Source: a virus (Duplodnaviria; Caudoviricetes). Taken from it: a DNA stretch of 33,805 nucleotides. The stretch is from IMG/VR virus record IMGVR_UViG_3300032321_001491, positions 1 to 33,805 of that record, one strand, 5' to 3'. The notes under the pieces are model-generated. The model ran no database searches and was not told the DNA's origin. It was given only the letters and a program-made list of their open reading frames with translations. The translations under genes and the position numbers were made by a program. Each line of letters begins with the position of its first letter. Positions within the stretch are counted from its first letter, which is position 1. Of the stretch, positions 6,012-14,565 are shown one piece after another.

Positions 6012-6065
6012 TTTATCAGTATACACAGATACTAATTTGCGGGGTAGTAATAATGATTGGGTGTA

Positions 6066-6239
6066 TTACCGAGAGTTACGGTAGAAGCCATGACCTTTGA
6101 AGTTGATTCCTGGCGGGGAGAATAATTGTCTCAGAGGAAGGTCGCAGACTGGACACTTATCCTTAGAGAGCTCCTCAGTGACTTTCCTAGTCTCTTCGTA
6201 GATGTGCTGGTTATTACAGATGTATTCATATGTTGGCAT
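6066..6239 (-). CDS. FmdB-family zinc-ribbon protein, 57 aa
   Basis: MPTYEYxC...H...CPxC...FKGxGFY signature; leaderless after TGaTATACT. Confidence 0.85.
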   Translation of the reverse strand: MPTYEYICNNQHIYEETRKVTEELSKDKCPVCDLPLRQLFSPPGINFKGHGFYRNSR

Positions 6240-6304
6240 GTTTACCAGTATATCATGGCGAACAACAGTTAGTACTTTTCGTGCCACTCGTGCTAACATA
6301 GAGC

Positions 6305-6901
6305 GTGTCTACTGATTACAATATGTGGCTAAGAGCCGCTCATGACCACCTGTGGGTGTTTGACAAGCTGATTGTCGCAAAGAAGGCAGGTCATGTGTGC
6401 GGTCCAAGGGGTATGCCCGTTCCAAAACCCAATTTTTATATGGTGAGACCAATTTCCAACTTTGAGGGAATGGGTCTTGGAGCTCGCAAGGTCTGGTTGG
6501 AAGATTCTACGCTTGAATTACACCCTGGAGAGTTCTGGTGTGAGTTCTTTACTGGGGATCACATTAGCGTTGATTACCGCCTGTACGATCCTGTGTTGAT
6601 TGTTAAAGGTACTCCACACCCAAATGCACCCCACTCTAAATTTATAAAATGGGAGAAGCTAGAAACACCGATCCCACAACCTGCCATGTTGGGCAAGATA
6701 CCACTCTATTACAAGACAATCAACTGTGAGTTTATTGGTGGTAAGTTAATTGAGATACATTTACGAGGCAATCCTGATTTTATCTATGGCAATAGCATTG
6801 CAATACCTGTGTGGGAAGGTGAAAAAATTAATCCACCGCAATCAATGAGATTTGTGGAAGCTAAAGACATCAATAGAATTGGGTTTTATATAGACAATTA
6901 A
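6305..6901 (+). CDS. Conserved phage hypothetical protein (possible ATP-grasp-like fold)
   Basis: 198-aa ORF, GTG start after TGcTAACAT; VRP..N..GMG, EFF.G.H.SVD and NCEFIGGKLIEIHLR motifs. Confidence 0.7.
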   Translation: MSTDYNMWLRAAHDHLWVFDKLIVAKKAGHVCGPRGMPVPKPNFYMVRPISNFEGMGLGARKVWLEDSTLELHPGEFWCEFFTGDHISVDYRLYDPVLIVKGTPHPNAPHSKFIKWEKLETPIPQPAMLGKIPLYYKTINCEFIGGKLIEIHLRGNPDFIYGNSIAIPVWEGEKINPPQSMRFVEAKDINRIGFYIDN

Positions 6902-6919
6902 TATATGATACAATTAAGC

Positions 6920-7324
6920 ATGTACGAATATCATGTAAAGAAAGTTTTAAAAGTAGTAGACGGAGACACTATAGATGTGGACATTGATCTGGGGTTTAAT
7001 ATCTCGTATACTCAAAGAGTCCGACTCGCTGGAATTGACACGCCTGAGTCACGCACCAAGGATGCCAAGGAAAAAGCATTAGGGCTTGAAGTCAAAGAGA
7101 AGCTCAAGAAAGCTATTGATGCCGCCAAAGATGTGGTGGTCAAAACCGAGCTTCCCGATAGCTCCGAGAAATACGGGCGCATCTTGGGCTGGGTATATCT
7201 GGATGGAGCCGCCAAGTCAATCAACGAGCAACTCATTGACGAGGGTTACGCTTGGGGATACATGGGCGAGACCAAGGTTAAGGACTTTGACGCTCTTTTG
7301 AAGAAGCGGCAAGCGAACAAGTAA
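6920..7324 (+). CDS. Thermonuclease (SNase) family nuclease
   Basis: KVVDGDTI, VRLAGIDTPE, KYGRILG, LIDEGYA motifs; leaderless start MYEY after TGaTACAAT. Confidence 0.92.
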   Translation: MYEYHVKKVLKVVDGDTIDVDIDLGFNISYTQRVRLAGIDTPESRTKDAKEKALGLEVKEKLKKAIDAAKDVVVKTELPDSSEKYGRILGWVYLDGAAKSINEQLIDEGYAWGYMGETKVKDFDALLKKRQANK

Positions 7325-7499
7325 TTTTAAATTCTTGATTACCGTCACTTTGTTGGTTAGTATTTACTCGTTTTTCGCCACTTTTAAAAAGCCGCCGATT
7401 ACGATACACCTCAATTAGAACAATTGCTGTAAGTATGTGGATTGACATGGCTATGAGAAACATCCAAGCTAGTTGAGTCATCCACCAAACCCAAATCAT
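7278..7499 (-). CDS. Hypothetical membrane protein
   Basis: ATGA-coupled to upstream ORF, hydrophobic N-half; 3' end overlaps the nuclease gene. Confidence 0.5.
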   Translation of the reverse strand: MIWVWWMTQLAWMFLIAMSIHILTAIVLIEVYRNRRLFKSGEKRVNTNQQSDGNQEFKITCSLAASSKERQSP

Positions 7500-7684
7500 T
7501 CCATCCCCTTGAATTCAGGAAAATATTTTTCAACAGCCCTTTCCCGACTAATCCCAAAATCAGCACACCACTGTTTAAGTAAACCATTGGCGATATCCCG
7601 CCATCTATCCCGTTCCGCCTCCAGCTGCTTGATTTCGTTAAAAGTCTCTTTGTCCATTTTAATTATTCTATTTTTATCCATCAC
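7496..7684 (-). CDS. Hypothetical protein, ~62 aa
   Basis: Coupled to both flanking ORFs; contains the LEAERDRWR coiled motif common in phage proteins. Confidence 0.7.
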   Translation of the reverse strand: MMDKNRIIKMDKETFNEIKQLEAERDRWRDIANGLLKQWCADFGISRERAVEKYFPEFKGME

Positions 7685-8238
7685 AATACTTTAAAGTCTA
7701 CATTAAGTATAAACCTAAATGGATTCTTAACAGGATTAGACGCAGCGTGGATTTGGCTACCATCAAAAATTACAGCACGACCTTTTTTCGGATAAACCTC
7801 ATCAGTGACTCTGTATGACTCATCAAAGAAATATGTGGGACCATCTGATGGGTTAATATAGTAAAGCAAAACTTTATGATTAACTGGATCTCCATTATCA
7901 TACTGAAGATCAATGTGAGGAACTTGATGCTCATAGTTCATCATTGGTGGATAGGGAAAAGTCAAATTCACTTTAGCCCTGATCAACTCAATTTTGCCAA
8001 ATTCAATTTCAAGTTTTTTTGTAAACTTCCTGATAACTGGAAGATGTGGTGATGCTTTATCTGATTCTGATTCGTAAAGATGATGTGACATCTGCAGCGG
8101 AGCATGTGTCCACCTTTGCGCTACCTCGCTTGAGAAGCGATGGCTACGAAACAAACGATAAGGAAAATTTTCAGTACTGACATATTCCTCAAAGTCCTCC
8201 TGTTCTTGTTGTGTAATGAAGTTGTCTATAATTTTCAT
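7681..8238 (-). CDS. 2OG-Fe(II) oxygenase (start MKIIDNF)
   Basis: PHID...LLYYINPSDGPT...HAASNP...R; the ORF-track N-terminal extension is the tRNA. Confidence 0.88.
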   Translation of the reverse strand: MKIIDNFITQQEQEDFEEYVSTENFPYRLFRSHRFSSEVAQRWTHAPLQMSHHLYESESDKASPHLPVIRKFTKKLEIEFGKIELIRAKVNLTFPYPPMMNYEHQVPHIDLQYDNGDPVNHKVLLYYINPSDGPTYFFDESYRVTDEVYPKKGRAVIFDGSQIHAASNPVKNPFRFILNVDFKVL

Positions 8239-8313
8239 GGCTGGCGAGGTAGGGCTTGAACCTACGACCCAGGGATTAACAGTCCCTTGCTCTGCCAACT
8301 GAGCTACTCGCCA
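8238..8313 (-). tRNA. tRNA-Asn (GTT), encoded CCA
   Basis: TGGCGAG acceptor, GCTCAGTTGGCAGAGC D arm, AGGGA-CTGTTAA-TCCCT, GTAGG-TTCAAGC-CCTAC, GCCA end; 76 nt. Confidence 0.96.
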
Positions 8314-8322
8314 TCGTACTAC

Positions 8323-8403
8323 TTACTTTAGCAGCAAAATAGCAATTGTGATTGCATGAAGCGTAAAATAAATTGCGTGTGTAATTTTATCTTGTTTTGA
8401 CAC
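8323..8403 (-). CDS. Small hydrophobic peptide, 26 aa (MSKQDKITHAIYFTLHAITIAILLLK); not in ORF track
   Basis: GTG start with GAAAGGA SD; fills the gap between oxygenase and tRNA. Confidence 0.55.
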   Translation of the reverse strand: MSKQDKITHAIYFTLHAITIAILLLK

Positions 8404-8405
8404 TT

Positions 8406-9074
8406 TTATCCTTTCTTAATTGGAGTATTCCAAACTTCAATTAAATTTTGTTTTTTTCTTTCTAAATCTTCTGGAGTATTGTAACTAGGAAATGTCCCTG
8501 GATTTTTTTCAATTGGGAGCATAAAGTTTGAATATGCGTAACGAATGCCAGATGTGACTTCCTTTACGCCATGCTCACAATCGGTATGAGCCCCATGAAT
8601 AACAAGATCTCCTGGCTGCACTGCATATTCTAAACCTAGCCTTGGGTAGTATGTTTCACCACCAGTAAATTCTCCAAAATAAACAACTAGCCCATAATGA
8701 ATAATACAGCAAGTATTCCATCTATCAAGCTGAGTCAACTCCTCTTCCATCCCCTCGCCTGGGCTATCTTGGTGCAAAAACATTCCACCATCTCCAGGTC
8801 TAATGACTTGAAGAGCCAGATTGGGATGAATTATATATTCTGGAGCAATCAAATCGCTTGCTGAATTCCATATGTCAATTAAATGAGGGATAAGCGGGGT
8901 AGTCTTATCTCTATACCAATCAACTTTTGCATACTGTTCTCTTAAATAAGTTTTTTCTTTTGTATATTCTTTAATAACTATATTAATTTGTTCAACTTTT
9001 TCTTTTGGTATAAAATTTTTATAAACAAAAACTTTATCTGCTAGTTTTGTAATGCCTGGGTGGTCAAAGAACAT
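8406..9074 (-). CDS. 2OG-Fe(II) oxygenase, prolyl-4-hydroxylase-like
   Basis: HQD...FTGGETYYP...PGDLVIH...HGVKEVTSGIRY. Confidence 0.9.
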   Translation of the reverse strand: MFFDHPGITKLADKVFVYKNFIPKEKVEQINIVIKEYTKEKTYLREQYAKVDWYRDKTTPLIPHLIDIWNSASDLIAPEYIIHPNLALQVIRPGDGGMFLHQDSPGEGMEEELTQLDRWNTCCIIHYGLVVYFGEFTGGETYYPRLGLEYAVQPGDLVIHGAHTDCEHGVKEVTSGIRYAYSNFMLPIEKNPGTFPSYNTPEDLERKKQNLIEVWNTPIKKG

Positions 9075-9086
9075 GTATGTATTATA

Positions 9087-9851
9087 TCAGATATCTATAT
9101 CTTCTGGTCTTAAGGCTCTACCTGTACGAGATTCGTGTTCTTTTATGTGATTATACAAATCAAAATCTAATTTATGTAAATCACAAATTTCATCATAAAA
9201 ATTATTAAATACACTCATTGAGTCTAGTTTAAATGGATTATCATTTACTTTTATTTCTTCATTAAGAATGATTGATTTATTTTTTAAATTTGTTAACTCT
9301 TCACTCATATCTCTCAAAAGATATTTTCTATTATCTAATGTTGATAATGTAAAATTATTTTTTTTAATTTCTTTTAATAAATCACTAAAAGACAAATTTC
9401 CTTTTTTAATAGACACACTGCTATCTTCATCTGATGTCCACTCAAGTGGTTGCGTTAAATAATCTGATTGAATGTTTGGTCTACCATCAAATCCAAGAGA
9501 AGATATTGATGGATTGTTGTATTTGCAATAATCATAAAGAACATCTTTAAAAGGTTTTCTCCAAGTAATAGGTCTTTGAGAAAAACTAAAAGAACTAATC
9601 AATCTATCTATTGGGTTCCTGACAATACTAAAACTTTTAATTCCTGGAAATTTTTCTATTGGTGTTGTGCCAAAGTGTCCTCTAATAAAATCATCATCTT
9701 TTCTTTTATTTAAAAAACAATCAAAAACTTCCTCACCCATCTGTTCAGCTGAGGTTAAATTTCTGACATACTTAATATCATTCTGATAATGATCCAATGC
9801 AGCCTCAACTGAGCTACCAGATGTTTTTGGAATATGGCAAAAGTAAATCAT
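9087..9851 (-). CDS. Sulfotransferase family 2 protein
   Basis: FCHIPKTSGSS (5'-PSB) and VRNPIDRLISSF (3'-PB) motifs. Confidence 0.85.
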   Translation of the reverse strand: MIYFCHIPKTSGSSVEAALDHYQNDIKYVRNLTSAEQMGEEVFDCFLNKRKDDDFIRGHFGTTPIEKFPGIKSFSIVRNPIDRLISSFSFSQRPITWRKPFKDVLYDYCKYNNPSISSLGFDGRPNIQSDYLTQPLEWTSDEDSSVSIKKGNLSFSDLLKEIKKNNFTLSTLDNRKYLLRDMSEELTNLKNKSIILNEEIKVNDNPFKLDSMSVFNNFYDEICDLHKLDFDLYNHIKEHESRTGRALRPEDIDI

Positions 9852-9853
9852 AG

Positions 9854-9925
9854 AGCCCCCTCTCGGACTTGAACCGAGGACCGCTTCATTACAAGTGAAG
9901 TGCTCTACCGCTGAGCTAAAGGGGC
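9854..9925 (-). tRNA. tRNA-Thr (TGT), no encoded CCA (CTA follows)
   Basis: GCCCCTT acceptor, CTTCA-CTTGTAA-TGAAG anticodon arm, CTCGG-TTCAAGT-CCGAG T arm. Confidence 0.95.
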
Positions 9926-9926
9926 G

Positions 9927-10523
9927 TTAAACATATTTAATTAAACTAGACAGAGCGTATTTTACCACACCAGTTTGAGCACCAATAATACCACCAATTA
10001 GTGTATATTTTTGTAATAAATTATCAATAATTCTCCTATTGTCAGCAGAGTGATATTCAATTAAAAACACTTCTGGCTCAAAGGTCATTGACTTAAGTAT
10101 TTCAATTTCAGCACCCTCGGTATCAATTTTTACAATATTTGCCTTAGGAAGTAGCTCTCCAGACATTACATCAACAATTTCAGTTTTATCAGTTTGCTCT
10201 ACGCCTTTGTAAAAAGAACATTCACCAATATTGTTAAGACCATAAAACATTTCTTTTTTTTCATTCTTAGATCCTACAGCTACATTTATTGCAAAGATAT
10301 TATCAATGTCTTTTATATTTTTCTTTAAGAGATCAAAATTATTTTTAATTGGTTCGTATGAATAGATAGTTGCGTTTTTCCATTTATTACTTGCCCAAAT
10401 TGCAAAACCGCCAATATTTCCACCAATATCTAGAATAATAGGCTTTGGGTGATTGTATGGAATATCGTATTCTCCATTGTTAATTTTTTCAATATGTTTC
10501 ACCATGTTTTCTGGTATTTCCAT
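9927..10523 (-). CDS. FkbM-family SAM methyltransferase
   Basis: ILDIGGNIG, YEP, KIDTEGAE, IEYH motifs. Confidence 0.9.
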   Translation of the reverse strand: MEIPENMVKHIEKINNGEYDIPYNHPKPIILDIGGNIGGFAIWASNKWKNATIYSYEPIKNNFDLLKKNIKDIDNIFAINVAVGSKNEKKEMFYGLNNIGECSFYKGVEQTDKTEIVDVMSGELLPKANIVKIDTEGAEIEILKSMTFEPEVFLIEYHSADNRRIIDNLLQKYTLIGGIIGAQTGVVKYALSSLIKYV

Positions 10524-10562
10524 TATTTACACCTCTCGTGTTTTTATTAATAAATTTTTATT

Positions 10563-11354
10563 TTAATTAATTATTCCATTATGTTTTTTTACAAAATTAT
10601 GAACTAAATAAAATTTAGGGTCATTTGGATGTTCTCTTAATAAAATATCTGTAACTCCAATTTTTTTTAGTTCTAACATTTTTTGTTTAATTTCTTCTTC
10701 TGTTCCAAAAATTGTCCAATTTTTTTGATGTTTCAAAGGAAGTCTATCTACAAATTCCTTTGCTTCCTCATGTGAATCTGACATTGTAACAGCAGCGCAA
10801 ACCATTCTATTTTTATTTTTCTTAAAATTATCAGGATTTTCTAAATAATTGTTCATCATTGATAAATTATAATTTGCAAAACAAGAAGCGGAGTTTAAAG
10901 TTTTTTCAGATGTTCCAGACATAATAATTTCAGGAATATCTTCTATAGAAAGCAATGAAAGCATTTTCTTCATCCATTCATAAGTATAATCAATTCTTTT
11001 CTCAACAGTATTAAAATATTCTTTATTAAGAATAATATTATTAACAGATGACTCCCAGGGCTGAAGGTCTCCAGCTACTATATTAAACATTATTCTATTT
11101 TTTTGAATTTGATTAAAAGCTTTATACATCATAGTAAAATATTCTGGAGAAAGAGCATAGGTTCGTATTGCTAAAGAATATTTAAATTTATGTTTTAAAT
11201 TTATTGTATTTGCACATTTTATCCAAACATCACTCAGTAAAGAATCATAAGTTAATAAAACAGAATAATAATGACATGCGTCTGCAATTTCTGCTATTTT
11301 TTTAAAATCATCTATACTTTCATTTGAGTGTGCATACATCCAATGAATTTTCAT
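10563..11354 (-). CDS. Luciferase-like (LLM class) flavin monooxygenase
   Basis: YYSVLL, LAIRTYALSP, RIMFNIVAG, IFGTEEEI...LKKIGVTDILL pattern. Confidence 0.75.
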   Translation of the reverse strand: MKIHWMYAHSNESIDDFKKIAEIADACHYYSVLLTYDSLLSDVWIKCANTINLKHKFKYSLAIRTYALSPEYFTMMYKAFNQIQKNRIMFNIVAGDLQPWESSVNNIILNKEYFNTVEKRIDYTYEWMKKMLSLLSIEDIPEIIMSGTSEKTLNSASCFANYNLSMMNNYLENPDNFKKNKNRMVCAAVTMSDSHEEAKEFVDRLPLKHQKNWTIFGTEEEIKQKMLELKKIGVTDILLREHPNDPKFYLVHNFVKKHNGIIN

Positions 11355-11363
11355 TGTATTTTA

Positions 11364-11852
11364 TTATTTCCTTTTGATTTGTTTTTTCACCACTTTCTTC
11401 ACTGCTTTCTTTTTCACTCTTATTTTAGGCATATCAGGTACTGGCATCCATTTACCCATTGACTCTGCAAGACTATCAATGATTCTTTCATTTTCATATT
11501 CAATAAGAGAAATAACCATTTTATGCACCGCTTTGGCTTTTGCATCGTCTGGATCTGGCTTAAGAACTTCATGCACTGCTTCTTCAAGAACAGCTAAGTG
11601 ACAATGAAGCAATTCATGAACAATTGTTGCACGAATATCTTCTGGAGAATCTTTTCTAAAATCTTTGTGCAAATACATTTTTGCCAAATGTTGACCATGA
11701 ATAACTTCTGTCTCACCAAGAGCATCAGCGCTAGATGGTTTTGCCTGCATCATGATTGTCCAATTAGACAGCCCCATCATATTCTTAAGTTTATTTACAT
11801 ACCGAATAACCCAGGCATCCATCTCTTCAACTTTCACAGGCTGTCTTGCCAT
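11364..11852 (-). CDS. Putative HExxH metallopeptidase, lysine-rich tail (start MARQP)
   Basis: TIVHELLHCH...E motif. Confidence 0.7.
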   Translation of the reverse strand: MARQPVKVEEMDAWVIRYVNKLKNMMGLSNWTIMMQAKPSSADALGETEVIHGQHLAKMYLHKDFRKDSPEDIRATIVHELLHCHLAVLEEAVHEVLKPDPDDAKAKAVHKMVISLIEYENERIIDSLAESMGKWMPVPDMPKIRVKKKAVKKVVKKQIKRK

Positions 11853-11853
11853 T

Positions 11854-12108
11854 TTATACACCACAGTTATCCTCAACAGCTTTTTTTTCATTCTCATCAG
11901 CAAAGAGGCGTACTGCATAAATACATGGATCTCCGCCTTCTTCCCACTCTATATCTTCGTCATGTGTAGTTGGAATACCATCATGCGTTGAACAAACTGG
12001 TCGGCTAATCCAGCCGTTGTTCATTCCAAGAAGCAACCAGTCTTCAAAACTTTTTTCAACCGCCCAAGGATTGTAGTTCTTTTCTGAGTCATAAAAATTA
12101 TCTGTCAT
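11854..12108 (-). CDS. Hypothetical protein
   Basis: GGAG SD; C/H motif CSTHDG...DPC. Confidence 0.8.
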   Translation of the reverse strand: MTDNFYDSEKNYNPWAVEKSFEDWLLLGMNNGWISRPVCSTHDGIPTTHDEDIEWEEGGDPCIYAVRLFADENEKKAVEDNCGV

Positions 12109-12322
12109 TTCTTCTCCATATAAAAGCGTTTCTTAAATAAACAATTCCGTATGCAAATGATCCTAGTATAAAACCATATTGCTTTGTGATTACTGCGTAG
12201 TATGTCCAAAAACATTCTACGCAGATCATCCACAAAAAAGCTTCCCATTTTTTTTTACCGATAAAGAACATCCCAACAATGCCCATTGATGCTAATAACC
12301 ATGACCATTGTTGGTTGCTCAT
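12098..12322 (-). CDS. Small multi-pass membrane protein
   Basis: Three hydrophobic segments; in operon. Confidence 0.8.
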   Translation of the reverse strand: MSNQQWSWLLASMGIVGMFFIGKKKWEAFLWMICVECFWTYYAVITKQYGFILGSFAYGIVYLRNAFIWRRNDR

Positions 12323-12331
12323 ATATCCCGA

Positions 12332-12787
12332 TTAAGCGTTAGCTCTTTCTATTTCTGGATTTACAATTTCAAAATGACCACGCTTTACTTTCTTAAAATA
12401 AGAACGATTTGCGTTGTAAAAATTGTAAAATGTTGGGAGTGAGATTTGTGTATCAGTAGCTACTTGCACTGGGGTAACAACCTTGCCAACATTTACCTTT
12501 AAAAAATTAACAATACCGTCTTGCTTTGACTTTCTTCCAGCCATTTCTTTTACCATCCTTTGTTTAAAGTTAAATATTTCTGAATAATGATTATACTCTT
12601 CAACGGAAATTCCATAATACTTACATGTCTTTTGAACACCCCAATCTCTGTAGTGACCGTAGATAACACATGAGGCTACTCTGTGATCATTCACTGGGAT
12701 TTTAGAAATTAACTGGTCATAGACCTTGGAAAACTCAGCTGTATTTGTAAAGCTAGCTTCTTCTTCATTGATAATTTCTTCCGACAT
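12332..12787 (-). CDS. Hypothetical protein, possible winged-HTH C-terminus
   Basis: GAAAGGA SD; PVQVATDTQISLPTFYNFY...FKKVKRGHFEI. Confidence 0.75.
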   Translation of the reverse strand: MSEEIINEEEASFTNTAEFSKVYDQLISKIPVNDHRVASCVIYGHYRDWGVQKTCKYYGISVEEYNHYSEIFNFKQRMVKEMAGRKSKQDGIVNFLKVNVGKVVTPVQVATDTQISLPTFYNFYNANRSYFKKVKRGHFEIVNPEIERANA

Positions 12788-12863
12788 TTTATATCCTTTC
12801 TATTGAATGATGAAAGCCTACCATTTATAAAATTGAAAATCAAGGAGTTCTTATAAAAATAAA

Positions 12864-12926
12864 TAACGGGCGCTCCCCGTATCTGCAATAACCTTTCGGA
12901 ATACTACAGCCAAGAAACGCCCGTTA
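12864..12926 (-). terminator. Long G-U-rich hairpin with GAAA tetraloop (terminator or structured 3' RNA)
   Basis: AACGGGCGTTTCTTG/CGGGGAGCGCCCGTT and CTGTAGTA/TATTGCAG stems, CC-GAAA-GG cap, U-rich tail. Confidence 0.65.
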
Positions 12927-12930
12927 AAAT

Positions 12931-13122
12931 TTATTTTTTCTTTAAATGCCAATCAATATGATTGTCTAACTTTTCCTCTACTTTGACAACATCATGATGA
13001 AGGTCTTGAAGTAAAGAGGCGACTACGCCATGATCGTTTTTGTTTTCCACTCTGCTTTTTTGCACTAGAGCTGCCAGGATTCCTCCTACAGCAGCAATTA
13101 GCGCAACAGTGATCGTTTCCAA
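12931..13122 (-). CDS. Small N-terminal-TM protein (holin-like/membrane)
   Basis: TM helix, then coiled coil ending KLDNHIDWH. Confidence 0.7.
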   Translation of the reverse strand: METITVALIAAVGGILAALVQKSRVENKNDHGVVASLLQDLHHDVVKVEEKLDNHIDWHLKKK

Positions 13123-13131
13123 CTCTAGCCA

Positions 13132-13515
13132 TTACTCTGCGAGTAAGAAGCTTGCAATATCTTCTACTGGCATGTCAAACTTCCCAAACTGCTCTTCGTG
13201 TTGTGAAAGCATTTCTACAAGATCGCCCTTTTTAACAGTTTTTGGGTCAAGAGGAACTTCCTTTGTTGGTGATGTCTTTCCAGCACCAGAAGTTGGTGTG
13301 GATGCTGAGCCAGCAGCTGGAATGCCAGAAGTTTTCTTTTCTGGATCAAGTGGAACTTCATTAATCATTCCCTTGATGATATCAACCTGCGAACTGTGCC
13401 ATGCGGCAGCTTTAACATGATCTTGCATTTGTTCAGCAGCAGTCTTTGCGGCTGTTTCGTGCCAAGATTTCATTGCGGTATGGTCAGAAACCATTTTCTT
13501 CATATTGTCTTTCAT
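13132..13515 (-). CDS. Hypothetical protein with internal duplications
   Basis: AAGGAG SD; DHxxxxxWH twice and EVPLDP twice. Confidence 0.8.
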   Translation of the reverse strand: MKDNMKKMVSDHTAMKSWHETAAKTAAEQMQDHVKAAAWHSSQVDIIKGMINEVPLDPEKKTSGIPAAGSASTPTSGAGKTSPTKEVPLDPKTVKKGDLVEMLSQHEEQFGKFDMPVEDIASFLLAE

Positions 13516-13563
13516 AAAATCTCCTTATATCAAAGATATACTAATAAGCATATCATATTTTTT

Positions 13564-14010
13564 TTAATCTAATGGACTCATGTATTGAATCTTCCGAACA
13601 TTGACATAAGCTTTACTCATATCAGCGTTTGAATCATTAACAGGTCCGCCTACCACCCATGCATCGCAAGTACGACTTGCTGCGCATTTAAAATCAAATA
13701 TTTCACAATATCCAAGATTTGCAAGATTAATTACAGCATAGGCTTCATCTTCTCCGCCAAGTCCAGCAGCAATTGCAGTACGCATATCAGTTGTTTGAAT
13801 AAAAGCTGCACAATTTCCACAAAGAGCAGTTTTTGCTTCTTCTGCGGTTGTCTTAAAAATATCAGCTTTTTGTTGCCAAAATTCTGGGTTAGAAATTGCT
13901 GGATTCATTGGACCGTATCTAGCTACATCAATACAATATTGCCTATTTTTAATATTAACAGTAATATCTTGAGTTGCAGCTGGATAGCCATTTATCATTT
14001 CTTCGGACAT
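13564..14010 (-). CDS. Conserved phage hypothetical Cys-rich protein
   Basis: CGNCAAF, GYCEIFDFKC, RTCDAWVVGGP. Confidence 0.85.
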   Translation of the reverse strand: MSEEMINGYPAATQDITVNIKNRQYCIDVARYGPMNPAISNPEFWQQKADIFKTTAEEAKTALCGNCAAFIQTTDMRTAIAAGLGGEDEAYAVINLANLGYCEIFDFKCAASRTCDAWVVGGPVNDSNADMSKAYVNVRKIQYMSPLD

Positions 14011-14029
14011 AGTGTTTTATTTTACCATA

Positions 14030-14317
14030 TTATTGATAAATTGAATAAAGCTCTTCTTGAGTCCAACGCTGGACTGGCATTTGAACATCTTTGAAATAAA
14101 AGAAAGCATCTTCTGATGTATAGTATATACGAGCATAAGCTTGTCTTGCTCCTTCATCATAAGCTGGACAATTTGGATTCTTATCTAAATATAAAGCTTT
14201 ATATTGATAAATATCTTGTTGCCAATGTATTGCATTAACTGGAACAAGCAGCCAATTGCAGTATGGGCAAACTTTGTCTGGATATGGAAAATCTTTCTTT
14301 AAACCACCAAGCAGCAT
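14030..14317 (-). CDS. Hypothetical protein (CPYC)
   Basis: TAATG-coupled ORF. Confidence 0.75.
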   Translation of the reverse strand: MLLGGLKKDFPYPDKVCPYCNWLLVPVNAIHWQQDIYQYKALYLDKNPNCPAYDEGARQAYARIYYTSEDAFFYFKDVQMPVQRWTQEELYSIYQ

Positions 14318-14565
14318 TACAGGCTTCCTCCATCAAAATCTTGCCTTATTAAATAAGCAATAATATGATCTAAAGAGTTTCTTGCAATCTCAACTCCATC
14401 CATTAAAGAATTAACTTCATCTAATGTCATTGGATAATTATCTTCTGGGCTTTGTATAAAAAATGCTGGAACAAAACTTCCTTCAAATGGTACAGCTTTA
14501 ATTACAATAGAAAGGCTATCAATATCTTCTAGATTTTCTTCGCCATTATACGGTATAATTCTCAT
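14317..14565 (-). CDS. Hypothetical acidic protein (start MRIIPY)
   Basis: AAAGGA SD; coupled to the downstream ORF. Confidence 0.75.
   Translation of the reverse strand: MRIIPYNGEENLEDIDSLSIVIKAVPFEGSFVPAFFIQSPEDNYPMTLDEVNSLMDGVEIARNSLDHIIAYLIRQDFDGGSL

Noticed and set aside
8239-8298. N-terminal extension MAEQGTVNPWVVGSSPTSPA of the oxygenase
   Set aside because: It is the translated tRNA-Asn sequence.
12864-12926. SRP RNA domain IV mimic
   Set aside because: It has a CC-GNRA-GG cap but lacks the conserved CAGG/AGCA internal loop.
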